A DNA stretch of 34,780 nt from an uncultured Candidatus Saccharibacteria bacterium (GCA_964357485.1 CAYHLQ010000002.1:1-34780); one strand, 5' to 3'. Shown: positions 9,744 to 19,400, counted from the first letter of the stretch. The notes: generated by a model not told the origin, from the sequence alone. A program made the numbers and translations.

Positions 9744-11546
9744 CTACTCTATGCCCAGGATTTCCCAGTACGGCTCTTGTAGCGACTCCGAACCGAAGAC
9801 TGCAGCCTCCCACCCAGTGTCATCAATAGTCATAGTGTAGTAGCCGTCCTGTTTGAATGTGCGGTTAAAGGAGGAGAAGTCGGCTGTCCAGTACTTGCCG
9901 CCGCTTGGCACATTAGCATCGTCCACTATCGGCGCCCAGTCGCCACACGAGGTTGTGTGCGATGAGTTGGTAAAGCAGCTTATGGTTATATCCCAAGGGT
10001 TAAAGAATTGATCGCTCTCTTCAGTGGGAGTCTGCGCGTCTTTGGCGATAGTTACGGTCTGCAGTATGCCGGTACCCATATCTGACCCAACTCCAAGGTC
10101 TATGACCGACAAGGGACCAAAGTTTTCAGTAAAGCCCCAGCTAAAGTCTACTTCGTCGCAGTAGCGCCAGGTCCGGTACAGTACTCCGCACGGGTAGGAC
10201 TGGTCAGGCTGCGAGGCCATGGTGTAGAGCGCTGGCGGATCTACAACCTCCTGCTCGACCACAACTGCGAAGGAACTTTCCGCAGGGTTGCCTGCCGCAT
10301 CCTCTGCTTGGCACACGACAGTAGTAGTGCCCAAGGCAAAGGTGGAACCAGACGCAGGCGCGCACGAGACAGCAACGGTTGCATCAACATTGTCGGTGGC
10401 CGCCGGTGATACATAGGAAACCACGGTCGTCGTGCCAGTAGTCGTAGCGTACATGTCTGCGTGCGCCTCTATAACCGGGGCCTGCGTGTCAGTGGGTGGC
10501 ACTACAATGTCCTGCGTTACCACGACTGCAAATGTGCTCGAGGCAGTGTTGCTCGCCGCATCACTGGCTGTGCATAGTACCGTGGTGGTACCGAGGGCAA
10601 AGGTGGAGCCCGATGCGGGTGTGCAGCTAACCGGCACGCTGCCGTTGCGATCATCGGTCGCCAAGGGCAAGACGTAGGATACGACTGCGCCGCTTTGGTC
10701 GGCCGTCTGCACCAAGATGTCAGCATGCGGTGCAATAACAGGCGGCGTCATGTCGGGAGGGAACGCGACCGTCACATTGAAGGAGACCGGCATGGCCATG
10801 TTGCCCGCGCTATCGTGCGCAAAGCAGGACACGACCGTGCTGCCCAGCGGGAAGAACGAGCCCGATGCGGGCGAGCAGGAGACCGGCACATTAGCGTCTA
10901 TATCGTCCGTGACCGTAGGTGGTACATAGGTCACCGTCGAGCCGGTAGCCGCAAGGTCGGTTACGGTCACCAAAACGTCGCTATGGGGCGCAATGACGGG
11001 CGCACTGGTGTCCTGGCCGACCAAAATTGCGTTCGGGAGCGTAAAGAGCGGTCCTACGGGCCAGCCGCAGTTGTTTTTACCGTCTGGCATGAAGTTGGCG
11101 TTGTAGAGCCCTGTGCTGCGCGGCGCAAAAATGCTGAAGGTGATGCTGTAGGTGCTGTTAGTCTCGTGGTCGTCGTCGAAGCCGTGGTCAGAGTGGCGCT
11201 TTATCCACCAGAAGCCGAAGTGGTCGTCGTCCCGGTCATCGCCCCCGTACCATGAGTTGTTGCGGCCAAGGTCCAGCTGGCGGGCATGCCTGTTCTTGGT
11301 GTTGACGCAGGTGGGCGTGGCCGCGGTGGTGTTGATGCCCCAGCCGGTACCCTTCCACTTTGACTTGTTGGTAAGGTCGGCGGTAACGGTGACTGTTATA
11401 GGGTCGCCCGGATTGACCTGCAAGTAGTGGCCGTTGCCGTACGCTCCCCCGTTAAGCGTAACCGAGGTTATGGTAACCGATGCGGATGCGAAGGCAGGGA
11501 CCAAAAACCCAAGGCCTATAAAGAGGCCAACAAATGCTTTATTCAT
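9744..11546 (-). CDS. secreted protein with three tandem HYR (hyalin-repeat, Ig-like) domains; candidate pilus-associated adhesin
   Basis: Signal peptide MNKAFVGLFIGLGFLVPAFASA. Three ~80-aa repeats have the pattern APVI..H.D......tG..V.Y..P.ATD.....V.VSC.PASGS.F.LG.T.V.C.A.D.AGN. The ORF extends to 11582. Confidence 0.8.
   Translation of the reverse strand: MNKAFVGLFIGLGFLVPAFASASVTITSVTLNGGAYGNGHYLQVNPGDPITVTVTADLTNKSKWKGTGWGINTTAATPTCVNTKNRHARQLDLGRNNSWYGGDDRDDDHFGFWWIKRHSDHGFDDDHETNSTYSITFSIFAPRSTGLYNANFMPDGKNNCGWPVGPLFTLPNAILVGQDTSAPVIAPHSDVLVTVTDLAATGSTVTYVPPTVTDDIDANVPVSCSPASGSFFPLGSTVVSCFAHDSAGNMAMPVSFNVTVAFPPDMTPPVIAPHADILVQTADQSGAVVSYVLPLATDDRNGSVPVSCTPASGSTFALGTTTVLCTASDAASNTASSTFAVVVTQDIVVPPTDTQAPVIEAHADMYATTTGTTTVVSYVSPAATDNVDATVAVSCAPASGSTFALGTTTVVCQAEDAAGNPAESSFAVVVEQEVVDPPALYTMASQPDQSYPCGVLYRTWRYCDEVDFSWGFTENFGPLSVIDLGVGSDMGTGILQTVTIAKDAQTPTEESDQFFNPWDITISCFTNSSHTTSCGDWAPIVDDANVPSGGKYWTADFSSFNRTFKQDGYYTMTIDDTGWEAAVFGSESLQEPYWEILGIE
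10254..11012 (-). repeat. three tandem coding repeats (HYR domains)
   Basis: Protein-level periodicity of about 85 aa (roughly aa 191-443 of the ORF), with partial DNA-level similarity between units. Confidence 0.75.
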
Positions 11547-11631
11547 ATATATGTACCGTAGCATAGCCTTTATACAATACAAGCACGGCAGGCTTAATCC
11601 TTAGTAGCACCTACTGGTCCGTACCCGCTCA

Positions 11632-11664
11632 AAACAAAACCCCGGCCGCAGTGGCCGGGGTTTT
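11632..11664 (-). terminator. intrinsic terminator after major pilin gene
   Basis: CCCCGGCC-GCAGT-GGCCGGGG stem-loop followed, on the minus strand, by TTTTGTTTT. It lies 18 nt after the pilin stop. Confidence 0.8.
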
Positions 11665-11681
11665 GAAACACCGCGTGTTTT

Positions 11682-12170
11682 TTAGAGGCAGGAAGCGCCC
11701 TGGTACGGAGTCGAGGTGCCGCTGCCAATGCAGGTGCGTCCTGCTGCCAGCGAGCCGCTACCGGTCTCCAGGGAGGTCATGATGCGCCAGTCGCCCGTAG
11801 TAGCGCCAGCTGCGCCGCCAGCGGTGGCAACAGAGTAGGAACAGACAGCGCCCGAAGAAGCGGTGCAGGCTGCCGGAGTGCCGGACTCAGTAAAGCTGGC
11901 AAGGCCGGATACTATACCGGTGCAGGTAGTAGTAAGCGCATCCTGTGCAGTGCAGCCAGGGAGGGCTACCGCAGTGCCGGTGTCGGCTATAGCGATAACG
12001 CGGGCCATTTGGCTGAGCTCCGCTACGCGCTTAGCGTCGCGGCCCTTAGAGCGGGCGCTGTTAAGGGACACGAGCACAATGGACGCGAGGATGCCAATGA
12101 TGGCGATGACCACGAGGAGCTCGATGAGGGTGAAGCCCTTCGTGAACTTTTTGGAGAACTTTTTATGCAT
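11682..12170 (-). CDS. pilA: type IV major pilin
   Basis: MHKKFSKKFTKG/FTLIELLVVIAIIGILASIVLVSLNSARSKGRDAKR. The gene has its own strong terminator and its own upstream region. Confidence 0.85.
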   Translation of the reverse strand: MHKKFSKKFTKGFTLIELLVVIAIIGILASIVLVSLNSARSKGRDAKRVAELSQMARVIAIADTGTAVALPGCTAQDALTTTCTGIVSGLASFTESGTPAACTASSGAVCSYSVATAGGAAGATTGDWRIMTSLETGSGSLAAGRTCIGSGTSTPYQGASCL

Positions 12171-12291
12171 ATGATTAAGCTAGGTAATAAATCTGCGTTT
12201 TTAAAGGTTAGTCGCAGGTAGCCCTAGTATAGCTGGTCCCCCAGAGAGCTCTCCCCCGTCCCTGTGGATAGCCGACGAAGCCGACGTAAGA

Positions 12292-12357
12292 GTATAAAGG
12301 GATTGGTATAAGGTATAAAGCTCTGAACCCTTATACTTTATACTTGTCCCTTTATAC
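12292..12357. promoter_or_regulatory. 66-bp imperfect palindrome built from six GTATAA(A)G motifs (3 forward, 3 reverse) between pilC and pilA
   Basis: Forward copies are at 12292, 12306 and 12313. Reverse copies end at 12336, 12343 and 12357. They are mirror-symmetric about ~12325, and the outer 11 bp (GTATAAAGGGA / TCCCTTTATAC) are perfect. Confidence 0.6.
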
Positions 12358-12368
12358 CTCCTCGGCGC

Positions 12369-13589
12369 CTAGAGCGCCGAGGCTGTGTTGTAGATAGGCA
12401 GGAGCACGGCAGCCAGGAGGAAGCCAACACCAACAGCAAGCGCCACAATGAGCGCCGGCTCGATAAGAGACACGAGCGTGTCCACAGCGGCGTTAACCTC
12501 GCGGTTGTAGAACTTGGCCAAGCGCTCCAACAGAGTACCCATCTCGCCTGTCTCCTCGCCTATCTGGATCATCTGGGCGAATATCGCGGGTATGTCGCCC
12601 GGGCTGTAGCGCGCCATAGCTTGGGACAAGGGCGCACCGCCTTTTACCTTGTCCACAGAGTCGTGGAGTATTTCCTCATACACATCGTTCTCCACCACCT
12701 CGGCGGTAATCTCAAGCGCGCGCACGACTGAAATGCCCGAGGTAAGCATCACATGCATGTTGTCGGCCATGCGCGCCAAAAAGAGCTTCTGGTAGAGCTG
12801 GCCTATGTAGGGCAAAGAGAGCTGCAAGCGCGACAAAGCCATGTGCCCTACCGGCGTCTGTATGTAGCGCCAGATAAAGTAACCGCCCACTATAATAGCC
12901 ACAAGCAGGAAGATGCCGTAGTCGAGCAGGAAGGTGCTGAAGCCGAGAATTATCTTAGTGTAGACCGGAAGCTCCTGGCCCGAATCGGTGAGGATGCTCC
13001 CTATTTTCGGGATAACAACCGTGAGCATCAGCGTCATAACGCCCACAAACGTGAGCATGATGAACGCCGGATAGATAAGCGCGTTGCGCGCCTTGGCGGT
13101 CAGCTCGTAGCTGCGGTCTATGTAGTCCGCCAAAAAGAGGAAGGTTTGGTCGAGCTTGCCCGACTCCTCGCCAGCACGGACCATGTTGACATAGAAGGAG
13201 GAAAACACCTTAGGGTGCCTGGAGAGCGACTTGGATATCGAGTTGCCGCCCTGCAGGTCGTCGCTTATCTGGGCCAAAACCTGCCGCAAATACGGCTTGT
13301 CAGCCTGCTCGGCCAAAAGGCGGAAGATGCGCAGGGCCGAGACCTGCGCCTCGAACAGGGTCGCTATCTGGCGAGACAACAACACCAGGTTGCGGCTCGA
13401 CACGCCCTCAAAGAACGATATTTTCCCGAACGACTCCAAAAGCCCACCCGCTTCCTCTCCTCCCGCTATCGAGGTGATAGTGATGCCCTTGCGCTGGATG
13501 AGGTCTATAGCTGCATCCTGGGTATTGGCGTTGACCGCGCCGCTCTGCGGCTTGCCTGCCTGGTCGAGTCCTTCGTATTTAAATTCCAT
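12369..13589 (-). CDS. pilC: type IV pilus platform protein
   Basis: 406 aa with two T2SS-F-type repeats and three TM segments (e.g. ALIYPAFIMLTFVGVMTLML). It lies between pilT and pilA. Confidence 0.92.
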   Translation of the reverse strand: MEFKYEGLDQAGKPQSGAVNANTQDAAIDLIQRKGITITSIAGGEEAGGLLESFGKISFFEGVSSRNLVLLSRQIATLFEAQVSALRIFRLLAEQADKPYLRQVLAQISDDLQGGNSISKSLSRHPKVFSSFYVNMVRAGEESGKLDQTFLFLADYIDRSYELTAKARNALIYPAFIMLTFVGVMTLMLTVVIPKIGSILTDSGQELPVYTKIILGFSTFLLDYGIFLLVAIIVGGYFIWRYIQTPVGHMALSRLQLSLPYIGQLYQKLFLARMADNMHVMLTSGISVVRALEITAEVVENDVYEEILHDSVDKVKGGAPLSQAMARYSPGDIPAIFAQMIQIGEETGEMGTLLERLAKFYNREVNAAVDTLVSLIEPALIVALAVGVGFLLAAVLLPIYNTASAL

Positions 13590-13642
13590 GTTTCTCCATT
13601 GTACCCCTCTATTTACCCTACTTATAAAAAATCCTCACATCA

Positions 13643-13663
13643 TGTGAATGGGCACCATTCACA
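13643..13663. repeat. second copy of palindrome TGTGAATGG-GCA-CCATTCACA, abutting the pilT stop codon
   Basis: Identical to 3745-3765. A T-run (on the minus strand) follows about 15 nt later. Confidence 0.85.
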
Positions 13664-14725
13664 CTACATCAAGCGCTGGAGCACATTGGGGTTCAGCGAG
13701 CGGCTGTAGGCGCTTTCCACCGATATTTCGCCCTGGCGCACCAGGTCGGCCAGGCAGCGGTTCATGTCTATCATACCCTCCTGCGCCCCGGTCTCTATAA
13801 CGGTCTGTATCTCGTGACTGCGCTTCTCGCGGATAAGGTTCTGTACTGCCGAGTTGGTAATAAGGAGCTCGTAGGCCGGAATGAGGCCGCCTGAGATGCG
13901 CGGTACCAGCCGCTGGCTGAAGATGCCTGTCAGCGAGCTTGCAAGCTGGATGCGTATCTGGTCCTGCTGATTTGAAGGGAACGAGTCTATAATGCGGTCT
14001 ATAGTTTGGGCTGCGTTGTTAGTATGCAGGGTCGAGAACACGAGGTGGCCCGTCTCGGCAGCCGTAACGGCTGCGGACATGGTCTCCGGGCTGCGCATCT
14101 CCCCTATCATAAGCACGTCAATATCCTGCCTAAACACGCTTGTGAGCGCCTGAGGGAAGTCCGCCGTGTCTACGCGCACCTCGCGCTGCTCTACCAGCGA
14201 CTTTTTATTATCAAACAGGTATTCAATAGGGTCCTCGATGGTCACGATATGCTCCGCGCGCTCCTGATTTATCTTTTCTATCAGCGCAGCAAGTGTGGTG
14301 GTCTTGCCCTGCCCCACCGGTCCCACCACTAGGAAGAACCCCTGTTCCTTGCCTGCAAATGTCTCAAGTACCGGAGGCAAGTTAAGCTCTGCTGTCGTGC
14401 GTATCACGCGCGGGATGAGCCGCAGGGCCACGCCCATGTTGCCGCGCTCGAAGTACGCGTTGCCACGGAACCGCACCGTATCTCCATGCGCGTAGCTAAA
14501 GTCCGCCTCTTGCGTTTTTAAAAATTCTTCCTTTCTAGCAGGAGGCATAAGCTCGCTAATGAGCCCCAGCATGTCTTCGGGACCAAGCTTGCCCTCGGAG
14601 AGTATAGGCGTAAGCGACCCCGACACGCGGATAATAGGCTGTACGCCGGTTGAGAGGTGGAGGTCGGAGGCGCCTTGCGCGATAACCAGATCTACGAGTT
14701 GTGAGAGTTTTTGCTTGTAGTCCAT
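13664..14725 (-). CDS. pilT: twitching-motility retraction ATPase
   Basis: Walker A GPVGQGKTTT, Walker B/Asp box LMIGEMRS and His box GHLVFSTLHTNNA. The 353-aa length is typical of PilT. Confidence 0.92.
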   Translation of the reverse strand: MDYKQKLSQLVDLVIAQGASDLHLSTGVQPIIRVSGSLTPILSEGKLGPEDMLGLISELMPPARKEEFLKTQEADFSYAHGDTVRFRGNAYFERGNMGVALRLIPRVIRTTAELNLPPVLETFAGKEQGFFLVVGPVGQGKTTTLAALIEKINQERAEHIVTIEDPIEYLFDNKKSLVEQREVRVDTADFPQALTSVFRQDIDVLMIGEMRSPETMSAAVTAAETGHLVFSTLHTNNAAQTIDRIIDSFPSNQQDQIRIQLASSLTGIFSQRLVPRISGGLIPAYELLITNSAVQNLIREKRSHEIQTVIETGAQEGMIDMNRCLADLVRQGEISVESAYSRSLNPNVLQRLM

Positions 14726-14775
14726 AGGTACTTGTAGCGATTTATCCTGAGCTCTGTCGAAGGAGACTAGTTAAG

Positions 14776-16647
14776 CTATACTTCGACATCGGCTGTCTTG
14801 TCGGGATTGAGTGGCGCCGTCGTCTCCTCGCCATCCTCGGCAATAGCAGTGGGGCTGGGCGCCGCTGCGGCTGCCGCGTCCTCCGCCAGGTCGAACTCGC
14901 CGCCGAGCGTATTCACTTCCTCGAACGGCACGACGCCCTTGGCTGATTTGATGATAGCATCCTCTTTCATCGTGAGCATGCCCTGCTTACGCACAATACT
15001 GAACATATCCTCCTCCGGCTTGCCTGCAAGAATGGCGCGCTCAAGCTCAACACTCATATCAAACACCTCGAAGCAGGCAATGCGCCCATGGGTGCCCGAC
15101 GGGCACTCGGGCGTGGGGTCGAGCCGGTACACCTGTGAAAGATCGGGGATATCCTTCCTGTGCTCGGGCGGTACATCGGCAAACTCCTTCTCGAGCATCG
15201 CTTTCGTGCTACTGTCTACCTCCACTTTTTTGCCGCCGCCCTCGCACAAGGTCTGCACCAGGCGCTGAGCCACACCCAAGATAAGTACCGGCGGTATCAG
15301 GTACGGCTCCACGCCCATATCCAGCAAGCGCGGGACAATTCCCACGGAGTTATTGGTGTGGATAGTGGAGAGCACGAGGTGGCCGGTGAGCGCCGCTTGC
15401 ACCGCCAAGTTGGCAGTCTCGGAGTCGCGGATCTCTCCCACCATGATGACGTTCGGGTCCTGGCGCAGCGTAGTACGCAGCCCGTTGGCGAACGTGTAGC
15501 CTATCTCAGGCCGCACCTGGCTCTGGCTAACGCCCGGGATGACGTACTCAACCGGATCCTCGAGCGAGAGTACGTTGTAGCGCTCGCGGTCTATCTCGTT
15601 TAGGAGCGTGTAGAGCGTCGTTGATTTTCCGGAGCCGGTCGGACCGGATATGAGTATGAGTCCGTACGGCTTCTTGATAGCTGTCCTTATAAGCTCGAGG
15701 TTGCGCGTGGTCAGCCCGACGCCGTCGAGCTTCCAATCCTTGGTCTGCACGCCCAAGATACGCATAACCACCTTCTCGCCGTAGTAGGTCGGGAACGTCG
15801 AGACGCGGAAGTCTACCTTTCCTCCCGATATGCGCGCCGAGAAACGCCCGTCCTGCGGTTTGCGCTTCTCGTCCAGGCGCATGTTGGACATGACCTTGAT
15901 GCGCGCGACCACGGCGCCGTGCACTTTTGGCGGGAGCGTGATGTTGGTTATCAGGACACCGTCAATGCGAAAGCGCACGCGTGTCTGGTCTACCAAAGGC
16001 TCTATGTGGATGTCTGATGCGCGCTCCTCTGAAGCGTGACGCAGGATAGTGGATACGATCTTGGTAACCGGCGCATCCTCTGTAAGAGCCGAAGACTCGG
16101 TTTCGTTTACCAAGTCCTCGTCAAGGACGTTCTTTGACACCTTGTCGCCCTTCTTAGCCTGTGCATTGTTTGCGGCAACCGTTTCGGTCTCAAACTCTCC
16201 AAGCGCCTTACCTACCTCGCCCGAGAGCCCCTTGTACTGGCTCAAAAGCTTGCCGAAGTCGCTCTCCAATATCAAAAACAGCTTGTAGGGCATGCCCACC
16301 TTGCTTGAAATGAACGTCAATGCATCGCGCGCCTCGAGGTTGTCGGGGTCTACAATACCAACCTCCAGCACGCCGTCCTTTATGCCGATGGGCGCCAGCT
16401 GATAGTGGCGCGCCGATTCCTCTGGCACGTATGCCAAAATCTCAAATGGTATTGCCGTGTCTCCTATAGTGCGTGTGGGCACACCGTAAAACTCGCCCTT
16501 GGCCTTCAGGAGGTCGGCGAGCTTGACGCCGGCTTTCTCCAGCTCGAACTCCGGTTTAGCATCGGGCTTATTCAAAAGCACTTCAAGCTCAGGTATCTGT
16601 CCCCTCTCTATCAAGTGTGCATTCGCAAGAAGCTCGAGAAGATTCAT
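14776..16647 (-). CDS. pilB: type IV pilus assembly ATPase
   Basis: N-terminal GSPII-like region, Walker A GPTGSGKSTT, IMVGEIRD and GHLVLSTIHTNN. The ATG at 16647 (MNLLELL) is preferred over the ORF start at 16671. Confidence 0.92.
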   Translation of the reverse strand: MNLLELLANAHLIERGQIPELEVLLNKPDAKPEFELEKAGVKLADLLKAKGEFYGVPTRTIGDTAIPFEILAYVPEESARHYQLAPIGIKDGVLEVGIVDPDNLEARDALTFISSKVGMPYKLFLILESDFGKLLSQYKGLSGEVGKALGEFETETVAANNAQAKKGDKVSKNVLDEDLVNETESSALTEDAPVTKIVSTILRHASEERASDIHIEPLVDQTRVRFRIDGVLITNITLPPKVHGAVVARIKVMSNMRLDEKRKPQDGRFSARISGGKVDFRVSTFPTYYGEKVVMRILGVQTKDWKLDGVGLTTRNLELIRTAIKKPYGLILISGPTGSGKSTTLYTLLNEIDRERYNVLSLEDPVEYVIPGVSQSQVRPEIGYTFANGLRTTLRQDPNVIMVGEIRDSETANLAVQAALTGHLVLSTIHTNNSVGIVPRLLDMGVEPYLIPPVLILGVAQRLVQTLCEGGGKKVEVDSSTKAMLEKEFADVPPEHRKDIPDLSQVYRLDPTPECPSGTHGRIACFEVFDMSVELERAILAGKPEEDMFSIVRKQGMLTMKEDAIIKSAKGVVPFEEVNTLGGEFDLAEDAAAAAAPSPTAIAEDGEETTAPLNPDKTADVEV

Positions 16648-16705
16648 ATATACAGTATACGCCCCAAGCAAACGCGATGAGCCGCGATGTCAACAAACGG
16701 CGGCT

Positions 16706-17059
16706 CTATTGGCGCGTAGTAGTGCCGGTTGGAGGTGTCGTGGTTGCGCTTCTGGCCGGCGCATTACCTTGTCCGACCGGTGCGAACGGATTGCGGCGGC
16801 CGGCGGCTGCGGGCGGTATAGTTACACCGAAGTCCGAGAGCGAGAGAAACAGCGGCTCGGCGAATATCGAGTTGTCGAGCTTGATGGTGCGCAGGTTACC
16901 CAACGTCGCCAGTATCTCCTGCGATACGGGAGACTCCACCTCGGCCGAACTCGTGAGCGTGGCCCCGCCACCACTTGAGGAGTAGAAGTAGTATAGGACC
17001 GCTACTGCGGCAACTATCACTCCGATAACAACCATATTTTTCTTGAGAAGGGCTAGCAT
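16706..17059 (-). CDS. small single-pass membrane protein of the pilMNO cluster (occupies the position where PilP would sit), hypothetical
   Basis: N-terminal TM helix VVIGVIVAAVAVLYYF and a Pro/Thr-rich tail. It lies between pilO-like and pilB. Confidence 0.5.
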   Translation of the reverse strand: MLALLKKNMVVIGVIVAAVAVLYYFYSSSGGGATLTSSAEVESPVSQEILATLGNLRTIKLDNSIFAEPLFLSLSDFGVTIPPAAAGRRNPFAPVGQGNAPARSATTTPPTGTTTRQ

Positions 17060-17065
17060 AGCGGG

Positions 17066-17614
17066 TTAGTGGAGCCAGTAGGTGCGGATAATAAAGTCGA
17101 AGGAATAATTGCCGTCCTGTGTAGCGTTAAAGGATATTTTCTCCACGTCGAGTATACGCAGGCTGTGCTCGAGATCCTGCAGGAATGCCAAGAAATCCTC
17201 GTATGTGGCGGATACCGAGAAGCCCAAGGATACTGAACCAATAGGGTCCGAAGAGGGCCCGAGCGCTAAGTTGGCTGCGGCCGAAGAGGACTGCGACACC
17301 TCTCCCAGGGCCACGTTGGAGAGCACGAGGCCGCGGCGCGAGGCAATATTGTTGATGTCTATGATAAGACGTATGTTGTCTACCTGGTCTGGCAAGAGTC
17401 GCAGGAGCTTCTGCTCGTCCTGCGGCGAGAATGCGTTGCGCGCCGACTGCAACTTGTCGCGCAGGGCCTTGAGCTCCTGCGACTTGTCGAGCGCATCGTC
17501 GTACGCGGCCACCTTGGCCTGCGCTCCTTTTAGCCCCTGATACGTCGGGTTGGTAAATATGGCAAAGAGCCCGATGGCTGCGATGAAGAGGATTATAGGA
17601 AATAGGAATCGCAT
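17066..17614 (-). CDS. pilO: PilO-like pilus assembly protein
   Basis: N-terminal TM helix, a coiled-coil segment (KVAAYDDALDKSQELKALRDKLQ), then an alpha/beta domain. Gene order is pilM-N-O. Confidence 0.65.
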   Translation of the reverse strand: MRFLFPIILFIAAIGLFAIFTNPTYQGLKGAQAKVAAYDDALDKSQELKALRDKLQSARNAFSPQDEQKLLRLLPDQVDNIRLIIDINNIASRRGLVLSNVALGEVSQSSSAAANLALGPSSDPIGSVSLGFSVSATYEDFLAFLQDLEHSLRILDVEKISFNATQDGNYSFDFIIRTYWLH

Positions 17615-17619
17615 ATATG

Positions 17620-18237
17620 TTACGGAGTCTGCGTGCCCGGCTCTGCCATGGCGGCAGAGTCGCTGTTCTGCTTGGCATAGCTCAATATTGACGGGTCTAC
17701 CTTGGCCGACACCGAGAACTGCACGCGACCTCCCGCGTCAGTCGAGATACCCGAGAAGACGACATCGCGCAGGACCTTGGCGCCACTGAACTGGTCGGAC
17801 TGTAAGGCAAGACTGGAGAATGAGTCGGCAACGCCGCTAAGGTTGATCTTTGCCGACCCGTCAGGAGATATCTCGAGTGCAAGCGAGTTAAACTGCACGC
17901 GCTCAAGCGTGGTCGCCGACAGGAAGGTAAACACGCCCGTGGGCGCCACGTGCGACCCCAAGAGGACATGGGCCTGCTCCAGGCGTATGTCTAGACGGCT
18001 GAGGTCTATTATCGAGGCGGTATCAAAGGCACCCTCGGCCTTCTTGAGCGACTCATCCTTGTCGGCGAGCGCACGGTCGAGGTACTTGCCGTAGGCAAAC
18101 ACGCCGCCAGCTGCCAGCACAGACGCGACAAACATGAGTATGGCTAGCAGGGTTACAAGGCTGCGCACGCCGCCGCGGCTGGGCTCGCCGACCAGCGACT
18201 TCTTCGGTATGAACGATGTCGGGACCTGTGGATCCAT
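17620..18237 (-). CDS. pilN: PilN-like pilus assembly protein
   Basis: Short cytoplasmic N-terminus, one TM helix (LVTLLAILMFVASVLAAGGVF) and a periplasmic-type domain, directly after pilM. Confidence 0.6.
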   Translation of the reverse strand: MDPQVPTSFIPKKSLVGEPSRGGVRSLVTLLAILMFVASVLAAGGVFAYGKYLDRALADKDESLKKAEGAFDTASIIDLSRLDIRLEQAHVLLGSHVAPTGVFTFLSATTLERVQFNSLALEISPDGSAKINLSGVADSFSSLALQSDQFSGAKVLRDVVFSGISTDAGGRVQFSVSAKVDPSILSYAKQNSDSAAMAEPGTQTP

Positions 18238-18311
18238 TTATATAAATAGTATACCCCGTGAGATGTCTAGGATGACTCGCTGTGTGTATAAGAACCTTTT
18301 ATTTAATGAAA

Positions 18312-19400
18312 CTAGCCCAAGTCCTGCAATCTCCTAAGCGCCAGGCCAACCGCCACGCTGAACTCCGGACCCGCTTCCTTGAGGATCGCCTCGAGAAACG
18401 CAGGCGCCTGCGTTTTGGCGAACGGGTCTGCAAGCCGGAGCTCGTTCTGCACCTTGCCCTGCATAAACTCCTTAAGGCCCTTGAGCGTCGCTCCCCCGCC
18501 GGTCAAGACCAGGGCGCTCAGGCTCTGGTTGTGCGCCTGCTCCCAGGCAGCCGCAGTGCGCGCGATCTCGGAGACTATTGGACCGAGCGATAGCTCGAGC
18601 GACTGCTTTATACTGTTCTCGGGCGTGCTTACAAGCCCAAACTTGCGCTTGCGTTCCTCGGCCTGCGCCACCGTAATGCCGAGCGCGCGTGAGGCCGCGA
18701 GCGTCAGGTCCTGGCTGCCGTGGTTGATGATGTGGCTCTCGCGTATAAGGCCGCGTTCGACGACATAAAATTTGGTGGTTGCCGCGCCCATGTCTACAAC
18801 CGCTACCGATGCCAGCCCGTGGTCAAGAGCGGCGCGCACCGAGGAAAACACCTCAATCTCAAAAAACGAGACGTTGAGCTGTGCATCGGCCGCCATCGAG
18901 CGGAACTTGGCTATTGTGTCGTTGTGTATGGCCACCAAGAGCACTTCTATCTTGCCGTCCTGGGTTGCGGCCGCCTTCCCGCCCGTGACAACAAACCAGT
19001 CCAGCAGCACCTCGTTTATAGGTACGGGGATGTATTTGCGCGCCTCTATAGGCATCACCTGCGCGAGCTGACTCTCAAGCGAGGCTTGCAGCTTGACCAG
19101 CGATATGAGCGACGACGCGTAGGGTATTGATATGGACGCGTCGTGAGTGGTGACATTTGCCTCACGGATGACATCCTTGAGCGCTTCTGATATCTTCTCA
19201 GCGGGCAGGGCTGTGGCACGACCTATCTCTTGGCCGGCATACGGGCCGAGCGCAATGGCGCCGTACGTCTCGAGTATCACGCGGCCGTGTTCGCGCCGGA
19301 GCTGCACCACCTTTATAGATGAGGTGCCTATGTCTATACCAAGCACGCTCTGCGTGGGTTTGGAGAATAGCGAAGAGAGAGACGAGAGAGAAAACGCCAT
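18312..19400 (-). CDS. pilM: actin-like ATPase PilM
   Basis: VLGIDIGTSSIKVVQL and AVVDMGAATTKF phosphate-binding motifs of the actin/FtsA-like fold. 362 aa. Confidence 0.9.
   Translation of the reverse strand: MAFSLSSLSSLFSKPTQSVLGIDIGTSSIKVVQLRREHGRVILETYGAIALGPYAGQEIGRATALPAEKISEALKDVIREANVTTHDASISIPYASSLISLVKLQASLESQLAQVMPIEARKYIPVPINEVLLDWFVVTGGKAAATQDGKIEVLLVAIHNDTIAKFRSMAADAQLNVSFFEIEVFSSVRAALDHGLASVAVVDMGAATTKFYVVERGLIRESHIINHGSQDLTLAASRALGITVAQAEERKRKFGLVSTPENSIKQSLELSLGPIVSEIARTAAAWEQAHNQSLSALVLTGGGATLKGLKEFMQGKVQNELRLADPFAKTQAPAFLEAILKEAGPEFSVAVGLALRRLQDLG

Noticed and set aside
10254-11012. Periodic DNA repeats that could be mistaken for a CRISPR or other repeat array.
   Set aside because: The repeat units are ~255 nt and divergent at the DNA level. 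They are in frame and encode the three HYR domains. No short identical repeats with unique spacers occur anywhere in the window.
12753-13709. Long antisense ORFs opposite well-supported genes. Examples are the 318-aa ORF opposite pilC, plus 380..880 (+), 2602..3015 (-), 8447..8908 (-), 10695..11255 (+), 17127..17678 (-) and 32970..33578 (+).
   Set aside because: They lie entirely within genes that have clear family motifs on the other strand or frame. Their products are Arg/Ala/Pro/Ser-rich low-complexity sequence, typical of shadow ORFs in GC-rich DNA. They have no independent start or stop context.
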